64,000 bases of DNA from Chloroherpetonaceae bacterium (GTDB lineage Bacteria; Bacteroidota; Chlorobiia; Chlorobiales; Thermochlorobacteraceae). Location: positions 179,456 through 243,455 of the forward strand of contig JANWWA010000002.1 in NCBI GenBank assembly GCA_025056565.1. The letters are read 5' to 3'. Positions within the stretch are counted from its first letter, which is position 1, and every line of letters begins with the position of its first letter. The translations under genes were made by a program, and so were the position numbers. The notes under the pieces were generated by a model. It searched no databases and was not told where the DNA came from. It saw only the letters and a program-made list of their open reading frames with translations. Shown here piece after piece: positions 28,785 through 36,991 of this stretch.

Positions 28785-31031
28785 TTAGTGTGAAGCAGGG
28801 GTGTCACAACGCTTAATAACCAAAATAGTCAGGTCATCTTTGACGCTCCCACCTGCTCCTGCAAAAGTATTAACTGCCTCAAACAGCGCTTGCTTAATCT
28901 CACTTGCTGAGCGGTGCTTGTGCGCGCTAAGAAGCGTAAGCAAGCGTTCGAAACCAAATGGTTCACCTGCTGAATTCACCGCATCAATTAGACCATCAGT
29001 ATAAAACACAACCGCATCGCCGGGTTTAAGGAAAAGTGTCTCGGTGCGTATGGCACGCTGAAACAAATCGCCTGCATTCAGCCCAAGCGCCAATCCGGGC
29101 ACTTTGACCAGTTGTGCCCCTTCTGCAGTAAGTAGAACCATGGGACAATGCCCCGCATTGGAAAAACGAACCGTGTGGCTATGGACATCAAAAATGGCGT
29201 AAAGGGCACTGACGAAGGACTTTCTATCCAGACTGCGTGAAAGCGTTTCATTAGCACGAATTAAAAGGTCAGATGGCGTATCGGGATACAGTGTGCAGAG
29301 TGATTGAAAGATACCTTTAAGTTCAGCCGTGTAGAAGGCTGCAGAAGCGCCTTTGCCAGAGACATCAGCAATCATCACGCCGAATTTGCAGATAGAGCTA
29401 TTGCTGCTGCTCAAAGCAAGGTAGTCGTAAAAGTCGCCGCCTACTTCGAAAGCAGGGTAAGAGAGACTATCCATTTCATAGTTAGGCACGGCTAAGGGGG
29501 TATGGGGCAAAAGACGCAGCTGAATTTTCTGCGCAACCGCAAGTTCCTGCTGCATTCGCTCCTTATCAATAACCTCACGCACCAACCGTGAGTTTTGAAT
29601 CGCAATGGCAGCTTGGTCAGCAAAAGTGCTAATCAGCTCCACATCATCTTTGACAAATCCATACTCAACATCTTTGGCTACGGTTAGGACGCCAATTAAA
29701 TTGGCACGTGAAATAAGCGGCACAGAGAGCGTGGAGACAATTTTGGCTGGCTCTTTGCGGCGCTTGCGACCAAGTCGCCGAAGGAAATTAGTCAGAGGCG
29801 TTGCGTCTTTCACAATGCGGCTATCGGTTTCAATGTCATCGACGCGAATCTGACGTGGATTATGACACATTTCCTCCCAGAGAAAGTGAGCCTTTGCTGC
29901 AAATTCGTGCAAGTGCTCCGTTGATACATTCTGGCGCACCACTGTCTTGAAATAACCTTTGCTGGTTTTCCACTGCAAATTAGGCAAATGTGGAGCTTGC
30001 TCTGCATTTAGGCTTTTTTCATCAAAGGGCTGGTAGAGGTCAAGCCATCCGCATGATGAAGCGCCTGCCGCACTGCACGCATATGAGACCAGCGATGAGT
30101 AGATTTTTTCTTCATCAAAAACCTCCGATGCAAAGCGGCTCATTGCGTAGAGGTTGCGCACCTCTGAATTTTTTCGTTCCAGCGCTTCGGACGTAGGCAA
30201 GTAAGAAAGTAGGCTAAAGAGCGTGGTAGCAAGGTAAATTGCAACGAAGGTCGTTATGCTTGAGAGAAAGAACCCAACAGTGCCGCTGTAAGCCAAAAAA
30301 TAATCTGGGCAATCCATCGCATAGAACGGCACCAGTTCTGCCAAAATTCCGATGACGAGAAAGAGCGTGCGAATCTTATCGCTGCGGCTTAGCGGCAACA
30401 CCCACGAAAGGCGAAACGCATTGACCAGCATCATCACAATCGCCAGTGCCGCAAAGGCGATGCTTACAGGATTGCCAATCTCTTGTGGTAGAGACCCAAT
30501 TTCTGAGAGACTGGCAACCAGCATCAGCACCACCATCGCAAGGAAATTTGATTGCGTATTCTTGGCACGCCGAAAGAAAATGAGCCGCTCTAACACCACC
30601 AGCGAAGCCAGTAGCAGAGAACCAAAGCCAAGCGTGATAAGGTGAGTTTTAAAGACAGTTTGCAACGACATCGCACGCCAAAATCCATCTGGACTCTGTG
30701 TGTCGTATCCTGAACGAGGCAAAAGCCACCCTAAGACGACGGTGGCAGAAAGGAGTAATCCAAATGAGGTAAATCCTTTCCAGAACGATTCAGCAGGCTC
30801 AAGCCAAAGGGGTGAGTCCGGTAAAGCATAGCGTTTTAGCTGCATACGAATCAGGTAGTAAAGCACCGCATACATCACGATAGCAATAAGGTCTTTCAGC
30901 ACATACAGTCCGCCAGAAAGCACCCGAGCACGATGAGCATAAAAAAGACCGATATCAATCAGCAAGAGCGATGCTTCACAGACTATGACAAGTGCAAGGA
31001 AAATGTATGTGAGCCGCGATGATGTTTGCAT
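28785..31031 (-). CDS. polytopic membrane sensor - GAF - PP2C (SpoIIE-type) serine phosphatase
   Basis: 748 aa. The first ~290 aa hold about 8-9 TM helices, followed by a GAF-like region. The PP2C domain has GGDFYDY, VMIADVSGKGASAAFYTA, NAGHCPMVLL and GDAVVFYTDGLIDA. Confidence 0.88.
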   Translation of the reverse strand: MQTSSRLTYIFLALVIVCEASLLLIDIGLFYAHRARVLSGGLYVLKDLIAIVMYAVLYYLIRMQLKRYALPDSPLWLEPAESFWKGFTSFGLLLSATVVLGWLLPRSGYDTQSPDGFWRAMSLQTVFKTHLITLGFGSLLLASLVVLERLIFFRRAKNTQSNFLAMVVLMLVASLSEIGSLPQEIGNPVSIAFAALAIVMMLVNAFRLSWVLPLSRSDKIRTLFLVIGILAELVPFYAMDCPDYFLAYSGTVGFFLSSITTFVAIYLATTLFSLLSYLPTSEALERKNSEVRNLYAMSRFASEVFDEEKIYSSLVSYACSAAGASSCGWLDLYQPFDEKSLNAEQAPHLPNLQWKTSKGYFKTVVRQNVSTEHLHEFAAKAHFLWEEMCHNPRQIRVDDIETDSRIVKDATPLTNFLRRLGRKRRKEPAKIVSTLSVPLISRANLIGVLTVAKDVEYGFVKDDVELISTFADQAAIAIQNSRLVREVIDKERMQQELAVAQKIQLRLLPHTPLAVPNYEMDSLSYPAFEVGGDFYDYLALSSSNSSICKFGVMIADVSGKGASAAFYTAELKGIFQSLCTLYPDTPSDLLIRANETLSRSLDRKSFVSALYAIFDVHSHTVRFSNAGHCPMVLLTAEGAQLVKVPGLALGLNAGDLFQRAIRTETLFLKPGDAVVFYTDGLIDAVNSAGEPFGFERLLTLLSAHKHRSASEIKQALFEAVNTFAGAGGSVKDDLTILVIKRCDTPASH

Positions 31032-31309
31032 ATCGCCATGATGATGTAGAAGGCTCTCGTTCTAACGCTTCGCTTTCAGCACAAGTTGCATAGCAAGCAG
31101 ACTACAATTAAGCCCAGAGTGATGCGTTGCCTTAGCCGAAAGCGTCGCTTAACGCTGCTCCACTCCAGCGCTGCGCTGCAATCCCTCAAAGGCCGACTAA
31201 AAAAGCAGCAGTATGCAAAGGTGCTGAAGCGGAGCTATACCCTGCAACGCCAGCCAAGATTTTGGTGTTTTCTTCCACAAAGAGGAAAACGTAAACGATT
31301 TTGAGGATT

Positions 31310-31645
31310 ATGCAACTCACTAAACTGAAGCGATACAAAGACAATGCGCTGATGCTTACATGGAGCGATGGCAGCACCACTTACATTACGCTGGAAAAAC
31401 TGCGCAATGAGTGCCCTTGTGCCAACTGTAAAGGCGAGACAGTGCTCTTCGAGAGCTACCAGCCGCCCAAGCTCTCTGTGCATGTGCCTGGAATGTATGA
31501 GCTGAAAAAAGTGGAGGTCGTGGGCAATTACTCCATTCAGCCGCACTGGGGCGATGGACATCAAACTGGGCTTTACACATTCGACTACCTGCGACGCATC
31601 TCTTCACCCAAAGAGCCAACTGCGGAACAAGCAACAGCGTCTTAG
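31310..31645 (+). CDS. DUF971 domain protein (gamma-butyrobetaine hydroxylase-like N-terminal domain)
   Basis: LTWSDGSTTYITLEKLRNECPCANCKGE...IQPHWGDGHQTGLYTFDYLRRI is the characteristic DUF971 pattern. I preferred the ATG at 31310 over the TTG at 31301. Confidence 0.75.
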   Translation: MQLTKLKRYKDNALMLTWSDGSTTYITLEKLRNECPCANCKGETVLFESYQPPKLSVHVPGMYELKKVEVVGNYSIQPHWGDGHQTGLYTFDYLRRISSPKEPTAEQATAS

Positions 31646-31689
31646 GTTCGCCAAAGAAAGTTTGTCGCTGCCCTGAGCACGGGGCTGAC

Positions 31690-33267
31690 TTAGAAGGGAG
31701 CGTCATCGGGGTTAAGCGTCTCTGGCGGTTTCGGCGGCAACACATCGCGCTCTAAGCGCTCAGCGGCTTGAGCAGACTGCACCTCATCTTGCAATGAAAA
31801 ATCCGACGCGGTATAGACGCTCGAGAGTGACTCAAACTTACCAAACTGCTTAAGAAACTTCAGCCGCACCTCACCAATCGGACCGTTGCGCTGCTTACCG
31901 ATATCCACAACAATAATATCCTTCGTGGAAAGACCATCAGGGAAGTTCTGCACGCCATAAAGCTCTGGGCGAGAGAGAAACATGACCACATCGGCATCTT
32001 GTTCAATAGAGCCAGATTCACGTAGGTCAGAGAGTTGCGGTTTGCGGTCTGCTCCACGCTGTTCAATAGAGCGATTGAGCTGAGAGAGCGCCACAACAGG
32101 AATGTTCAGCTCTTTGGCTAAGCTTTTCAAAGCACGTGAAATTTGTGCAATCTCTTGCTCACGATTTGCCTTGCCATCTTTGACAGGAGTGATAAGCTGC
32201 AAGTAGTCAATCACGACCATTCCGATGTTTTGCTCTTGCTTCATTCGCCGAGCTTTAGCGCTAAGTTCAATGATGGAAATGCCAGGCGTGTCGTCAATGA
32301 AAATAGGGGCTTGCGCCAGTTTATCCATCCGTGCCATGATGCTGACCATCTCTTGCGATGTGATGCGTCCCGTTCGCACGAGATTGGAGTCAACCATTGC
32401 TTCAGCGCAGAGCAATCGCTGCGCAATTTGCAGCTCAGACATTTCCAGACTGAAAAAAAGCACGGGCGTGCGGGTTTCCACTGCAGCGTTCCGAGCAAAG
32501 GAAAGTGCGAGAGCTGTCTTACCTGTTGAAGGGCGCGCAGCAACCACAATCATATCGGACTTTTGAAAGCCTGCTGTAAGCCTGTCTAAGTCAGCAAAGC
32601 CAGAAGGCACGCCTGTGACAGCGCTTTTGCGCGCTTGCAATTCCTCAATGACTTTGGTAGCGTGCTTTAGAAGGTCTTTAATTGGCGATGCATCTTTCTT
32701 GATACCGGTCTGCGAAATCTTGAAAATCTCCTGCGCCGCTTGCTCAATGAGGTCAAACACTTCTATGGATTGCTCATATGCGGCAGCGGTTACCTGAGTG
32801 GCTAGCGCTATGAGTCGGCGGTAGAGGTATTTTTCTTTGACGAGCTTGGCATAGTAGCTGACATTGGCGGCTGTGGCGACTTTATTAGAAAGCTCTGCGA
32901 TGGCATAGTATCCGCCCACTTTGTCAAGTTCCTCGTGGCGTTTCAGCTCATCGGAGACGGAGACGAGGTCAATCGGGTCACGGCGGTTATAGAGTCGCAG
33001 CATTGCACGAAAAATGGTGCGATGCTTAGGCTCGTAAAACACTTTTTCGGCATCAATGCCAAAAATTTTTATCACTTCCTCAATAGCGTTTCCATCTAAG
33101 AGAATGCAGCCTAAAACTTCCTGCTCAACCTCAATCGCTTGCGGTGGCACTCTACCTTCTTTGGAGAAGTCAATATCTTCTCGAAACGCTCGACGGGACT
33201 TGAGTAACTTTTCCAATGGGTATGAGACACTGGTTTCTTGGCTGCGATCAAGAAATCCTCCTGCCAT
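31690..33267 (-). CDS. dnaB: replicative DNA helicase
   Basis: PPQAIEVEQEVLGCILLD (N-terminal domain), the Walker A ARPSTGKTALAL, VVIDYLQL and SQLNRSIEQR...DLRESGSIEQDADVV. Confidence 0.95.
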   Translation of the reverse strand: MAGGFLDRSQETSVSYPLEKLLKSRRAFREDIDFSKEGRVPPQAIEVEQEVLGCILLDGNAIEEVIKIFGIDAEKVFYEPKHRTIFRAMLRLYNRRDPIDLVSVSDELKRHEELDKVGGYYAIAELSNKVATAANVSYYAKLVKEKYLYRRLIALATQVTAAAYEQSIEVFDLIEQAAQEIFKISQTGIKKDASPIKDLLKHATKVIEELQARKSAVTGVPSGFADLDRLTAGFQKSDMIVVAARPSTGKTALALSFARNAAVETRTPVLFFSLEMSELQIAQRLLCAEAMVDSNLVRTGRITSQEMVSIMARMDKLAQAPIFIDDTPGISIIELSAKARRMKQEQNIGMVVIDYLQLITPVKDGKANREQEIAQISRALKSLAKELNIPVVALSQLNRSIEQRGADRKPQLSDLRESGSIEQDADVVMFLSRPELYGVQNFPDGLSTKDIIVVDIGKQRNGPIGEVRLKFLKQFGKFESLSSVYTASDFSLQDEVQSAQAAERLERDVLPPKPPETLNPDDAPF

Positions 33268-33311
33268 GGTTCGCTGATTTAAGGTTTTGCAGAAAACTGC
33301 GTTAGGGTTTT

Positions 33312-33953
33312 TTACTGCGCTGCACGGGCGTATTTTTCATCATAGATGCGCCGAAGCATCTGCACATCTTCCCAGCATAGCTTTTTCCAATTTGGATTGC
33401 GCAAGAGCGCAGCAGGATGATAGGTTACAATCACATCAATGTTGCGCCAGCGATGCACCTTGCCGCGCAACGCATTCATCGCTAATGAATTGCCTAAGAG
33501 TGCATTTGCTGCAACTTTGCCAAGTGCTAAAATCATTTTGGGGCGAATAATCTCAATCTGCCGAATCAAATAAGGCAGACATGCCTCGATTTCATCTGGC
33601 TCAGGATTGCGGTTGTTGGGCGGCCGGGATTTAAGAATGTTGGCGATATAGACTTCCTCACGCGTGAATTTAATGGCGGAAAGGATTTTATTGAGCAGTT
33701 CGCCAGAACGCCCCACAAAAGGGCGACCAGTTTCATCTTCATCAGCGCCGGGCGCTTCACCAATGAGCATCAGTTTGGCGCGCTCATTGCCCTCGCCAAA
33801 CACATAATTTTTGCGCGTAGCGCCCAGTCGACACTTCTGGCAATTCTTGGTGGCTGCATACAGCTCCGAAAGCGTCTGGAAGCGTTGCAGCTCGTCAGCG
33901 GATTGCGCTGCACTTTGAGTGATAAGGTTACCAAACAAATCCTCTTGTGTCAT
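33312..33953 (-). CDS. uracil-DNA glycosylase, family 4
   Basis: C..C(x)LG...VFGEGNERAKLMLIGEAPGADEDETGRPFVGRSGELL and HPAALLRNP are family-4 UDG motifs, including the Fe-S Cys ligands. Confidence 0.88.
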   Translation of the reverse strand: MTQEDLFGNLITQSAAQSADELQRFQTLSELYAATKNCQKCRLGATRKNYVFGEGNERAKLMLIGEAPGADEDETGRPFVGRSGELLNKILSAIKFTREEVYIANILKSRPPNNRNPEPDEIEACLPYLIRQIEIIRPKMILALGKVAANALLGNSLAMNALRGKVHRWRNIDVIVTYHPAALLRNPNWKKLCWEDVQMLRRIYDEKYARAAQ

Positions 33954-34343
33954 AAACTGCTTTTAGCTTCTCGTGCTGTTGGCTATCACAAATAGACGAC
34001 CGAACCTCCTTTTTCAATTGCAAATGTTGAGTCAAACTGCGGGCGATGCGCTGTGTTACGAGATTATGAGACTTTGGGCACAACGCAAGACTACTTGATG
34101 TTACGCAATCTTTATCGAAGAAAAAACTTGACTTTCAATTTTTTTCGTGTAGTAACCTTTGAGGTGGGTTGAAAGCAATTCGTGAGATGTCGTTCTTCGC
34201 TTCACTGCCAGTCGCTGCAAAGCAGAGCAGCCTAGACCAAGCAGCAACTGCATGTTCCAAAGCTGCAGAGATGTTGCTAACTTTGCGTCAGTGCGGTTTG
34301 CTGCGGTTTGTTTGATATCAAAAACATTTGGGAGAACTAAACT

Positions 34344-35048
34344 ATGGCGATTTCATCTTCACCCTCTGCGACGCCCTCTTCATCAGAGCTGGGTTTGCGC
34401 GAAAAAGATTTACAGCTCTGTGTTGCACTCATTTGTGCAATCTGGTTACTGGGGTTTGCTGGACACTTTACGCCTCTCAAAGAATGGGGAGCGCTGTTCT
34501 TGTATGTAATTGGTTCGCTAGCATTGGTGCTGTGGTATGGCAAGCGTTTCCAAGCCTTTGAGCAAATTTTTCTCACGCGTCAAAATCTAAGCAAAGCCTT
34601 GCTTTGGTCGAGCCTCATTGGGAGCGTGCTCTTTTTGATGGATGTGGGAAATACCTACTTCTACTACAAAAAAGGTGGCGAGCCGATGAAAGAAATGCAA
34701 ACCATTCTGGTCGATATGGGCTTTCTCTATCTATTTCCTGTGCTGATTTTGGCAGAAGAATTTCTCTGGCGAGGGCTATTCTTCTCAGCGCTATTGCGCC
34801 GTGGTATGAATCGTCATCTGGTTGTGGCGCTCACAACGCTGCTCTATATGCTGAATCACTATGCTGTTGCGCCAGTAGGGTTCTATGAGCGCTCGCTAAT
34901 GGCAATGATGGCGCTGCCGATTGGCATTGCTGGCGGTTATTTAGTCTTGAAGACGCGCAATGTCTGGGCAGGTGTGTGGCTGCACTTCCTGACAATGATT
35001 TCAATGACGCTGGATATCTTCTTGATTCCAGCAATTGCAAAACCGTAG
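34344..35048 (+). CDS. CPBP family intramembrane glutamic endopeptidase (second copy in the window)
   Basis: EEFLWRGLF, LNHY and WLHFL on a polytopic 234-aa protein. GGGAGAA lies 7 nt upstream of the ATG. Confidence 0.8.
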   Translation: MAISSSPSATPSSSELGLREKDLQLCVALICAIWLLGFAGHFTPLKEWGALFLYVIGSLALVLWYGKRFQAFEQIFLTRQNLSKALLWSSLIGSVLFLMDVGNTYFYYKKGGEPMKEMQTILVDMGFLYLFPVLILAEEFLWRGLFFSALLRRGMNRHLVVALTTLLYMLNHYAVAPVGFYERSLMAMMALPIGIAGGYLVLKTRNVWAGVWLHFLTMISMTLDIFLIPAIAKP

Positions 35049-35055
35049 GCGTGCC

Positions 35056-35658
35056 TCAGTAAGAGAGCTCCGCACCAAACTGCTCAATCAGGTAGCGCAC
35101 CAGTGCGTTTTTCCCAGCTAACTCTTGAAAGCGCTCTTCAAGGGTGCGCGCCTCTTTGTGAAGAGTAAGAGCGGCCTTGTCCAAAGTAACTTCAAAGGCA
35201 ATATAGGCGCCGTAGAATGAACTTGCAGCGTCGCATAGCTGCGGCAGTTCATCGAGCAAAGTCTCAAAGACGATACGGCTGGGACATCTAAGGTTCAGCA
35301 CGACACCGCCCGCTGGCTCAACTTGGCAGATTCGCAAATGTGAAGCAAGTCGCGACTTGCCAGACCGTTCTAGCGTCTCGATAAAACTCTGCCATTGCTC
35401 GAGCACTTTATCTAGCGCTATGCTGCTGGTTGCGTTAGAACGAACTGCAGCGGGCGCAGAGTGCTGCGCTGGCGACACAGAGGAGACAGGGCGAGCAGTA
35501 GATGATTTCGGACGGTAAGGTGTCTCTTCAACTAACTTAGAGAACCGCTCTTTCCAGGGAGAAAGGTCAAGCTTCGGTAAAGTGTCCAGCGTAGGGGAAG
35601 CAGCTTTGGCAGGCTGAATGGCAGCGACGCTGGAGACGCTAAGTGCCTCAGAGGGCAT
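35056..35658 (-). CDS. dnaX: DnaX C-terminal (tau-specific) region, encoded in the -1 frame relative to the upstream dnaX ORF
   Basis: 200 aa. A Pro/Ser/Ala-rich linker is followed by LEQWQSFIETLERSGKSRLASHLRICQVEPAGGVVLNLRCPSRIVFETLLDE...AFEVTL. This matches the usual non-proteobacterial DnaX C-terminal domain. Its frame is already open from 35718, upstream of the A-run. Confidence 0.7.
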   Translation of the reverse strand: MPSEALSVSSVAAIQPAKAASPTLDTLPKLDLSPWKERFSKLVEETPYRPKSSTARPVSSVSPAQHSAPAAVRSNATSSIALDKVLEQWQSFIETLERSGKSRLASHLRICQVEPAGGVVLNLRCPSRIVFETLLDELPQLCDAASSFYGAYIAFEVTLDKAALTLHKEARTLEERFQELAGKNALVRYLIEQFGAELSY

Positions 35659-35660
35659 AG

Positions 35661-36875
35661 CTATACTTGGGCGAGACTCTTTTTTTTTATTTCTTCTTGT
35701 AGGGCGGCAAGCGTTTTTTCAATTCTCGTAAGACGCGCCTCTAATTCGCTCTGTTCATTTAGGTCAATGAGCTTGAAGAGCAAAATTTCCAAGCGAAGTT
35801 GTGGCTCTCGCAAAAACTTGATGCCTTGCTCAGCTTGAATAGTGGCGTCAATGAAGCGCATTAAGGCTTCGCGTGTAAAGTGCTCTGCGTCTTTCTCGTA
35901 GCGCCTTTTCAGCTCAGTGGTAGTTTCAATTAGCTTACTTGAGCGCACATTTTTGATAATGAGAAAATTGCGAAAGTGTGCGACAAGTCGCTGCAGAAAA
36001 TCGCTGACATCGAAGCCGTTGCGGTAGATGAACTCCGAGACCTCGAGCATCTTGCAGCTGTCTTTATTTCGAATCGCGTCGCTCACTTCGAAGAAGCGCT
36101 CATCGTCAATCACGTTGAGGAGTTTGGAGACCGCCGCATACTCAATTTTGCCCTTTCCATTCTCGGTGCAGAAAGCGATAACTTGGTCTAAGAGGCTCTG
36201 TGCATCACGCATCGCCCCATCTGCTTTTCTGGCAATGAGCGCAAGCGCCTCTGCATCAATTTCGATGTGTTCAGCACGGCAGATGTCGGCAAGGCGCGCT
36301 GCAATATCTTCCGACGCAATTCGCTTAAAGATGAACTTTTGGCAGCGCGAGGAAATAGTAGCTGGAACTTTATGCAGTTCTGTTGTTGCAAAAATGAAAA
36401 CCGCATGCGGGGGTGGCTCTTCCAACGTTTTGAGAAACGCATTGAACGCAGCGTTGGAAAGCATGTGGAACTCATCAATGATGTAGACCTTGTATTTGCC
36501 TTTCTGCGGACCGTAGCGTACATTTTCGCGCAGAATGCGAATATCCTCCACGCTATTGTTGGAAGCGGCGTCAAATTCAGCAATATTGAGACTGGCACCT
36601 GCATCAAAATCACGGCAGCTTTCACAAACTCCACATGGTTCGGCTACTTCTTGGCGGTAGGCTTCATCATTCAAAATTCTCTCGCAGTTAAGTGCTTTGG
36701 CTAAAATGCGTGCAGAGGTAGTCTTCCCAACGCCGCGAGAGCCTGAGAAAATGTATCCGTGCGCGATGCGCCCTGAACGAATCGCATTCTGAAGGGTGCG
36801 CGTAACATGCTCCTGTGCTGTAATGTCTGCAAATCGCTGCGGGCGATACTTTCGTGCAATGACGGTGTAGCTCAT
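35661..36875 (-). CDS. dnaX: DNA polymerase III subunit gamma/tau, N-terminal clamp-loader part (zero-frame product, 404 aa)
   Basis: Walker A is GSRGVGKTT, the Zn module is CGVCESCRDF, Walker B is VYIIDEFHML and the SRC motif is ISSRCQKF. The ORF ends at a TAG six codons after an A9G run. Confidence 0.92.
   Translation of the reverse strand: MSYTVIARKYRPQRFADITAQEHVTRTLQNAIRSGRIAHGYIFSGSRGVGKTTSARILAKALNCERILNDEAYRQEVAEPCGVCESCRDFDAGASLNIAEFDAASNNSVEDIRILRENVRYGPQKGKYKVYIIDEFHMLSNAAFNAFLKTLEEPPPHAVFIFATTELHKVPATISSRCQKFIFKRIASEDIAARLADICRAEHIEIDAEALALIARKADGAMRDAQSLLDQVIAFCTENGKGKIEYAAVSKLLNVIDDERFFEVSDAIRNKDSCKMLEVSEFIYRNGFDVSDFLQRLVAHFRNFLIIKNVRSSKLIETTTELKRRYEKDAEHFTREALMRFIDATIQAEQGIKFLREPQLRLEILLFKLIDLNEQSELEARLTRIEKTLAALQEEIKKKSLAQV
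35679..35688 (-). promoter_or_regulatory. A9G homopolymer containing an in-phase A AAA AAG slippery heptamer at the dnaX frame junction
   Basis: The minus strand reads 5'-GAA GAA ATA AAA AAA AAG AGT CTC GCC CAA GTA TAG-3' in the dnaX zero frame. A -1 slip on AAA AAG continues as GAG TCT CGC CCA AGT ATA GCT ATG CCC..., which is the downstream ORF frame. Confidence 0.5.
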
Positions 36876-36991
36876 TCAACGCGGAATTTGATGCAAGCGC
36901 AAATTTACACGTTTCCAAGTTGTTCTTGCGGGCAGGAAAAAGCACTTTTCTTGCTGCACTGGCAAAGACGCTGGTGCAGCAAGAGGCGCCC

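Noticed and set aside
31086-31304. A 72-aa highly basic ORF (MHSKQTTIKPRVMRCLSRKRRL...) and a 9-bp hairpin (31265..31290) in the 270-nt gap upstream of the DUF971 gene. Both were considered as a small protein or ncRNA.
   Set aside because: The ORF has an Arg/Lys/Leu-rich junk-like composition and no SD. The hairpin has no U-tract and no recognisable riboswitch features. There is no basis for a call.
35641-35664. The interrupted hairpin GCUA-UGCC-cucuga-GGCA-cu-UAGC downstream of the dnaX A-run, considered as a frameshift-stimulating structure.
   Set aside because: It begins about 17 nt after the slippery heptamer, whereas known stimulators sit 5-9 nt away. It has only 4+4 bp with a bulge, so it is too weak and too distant to support a programmed-frameshift claim.
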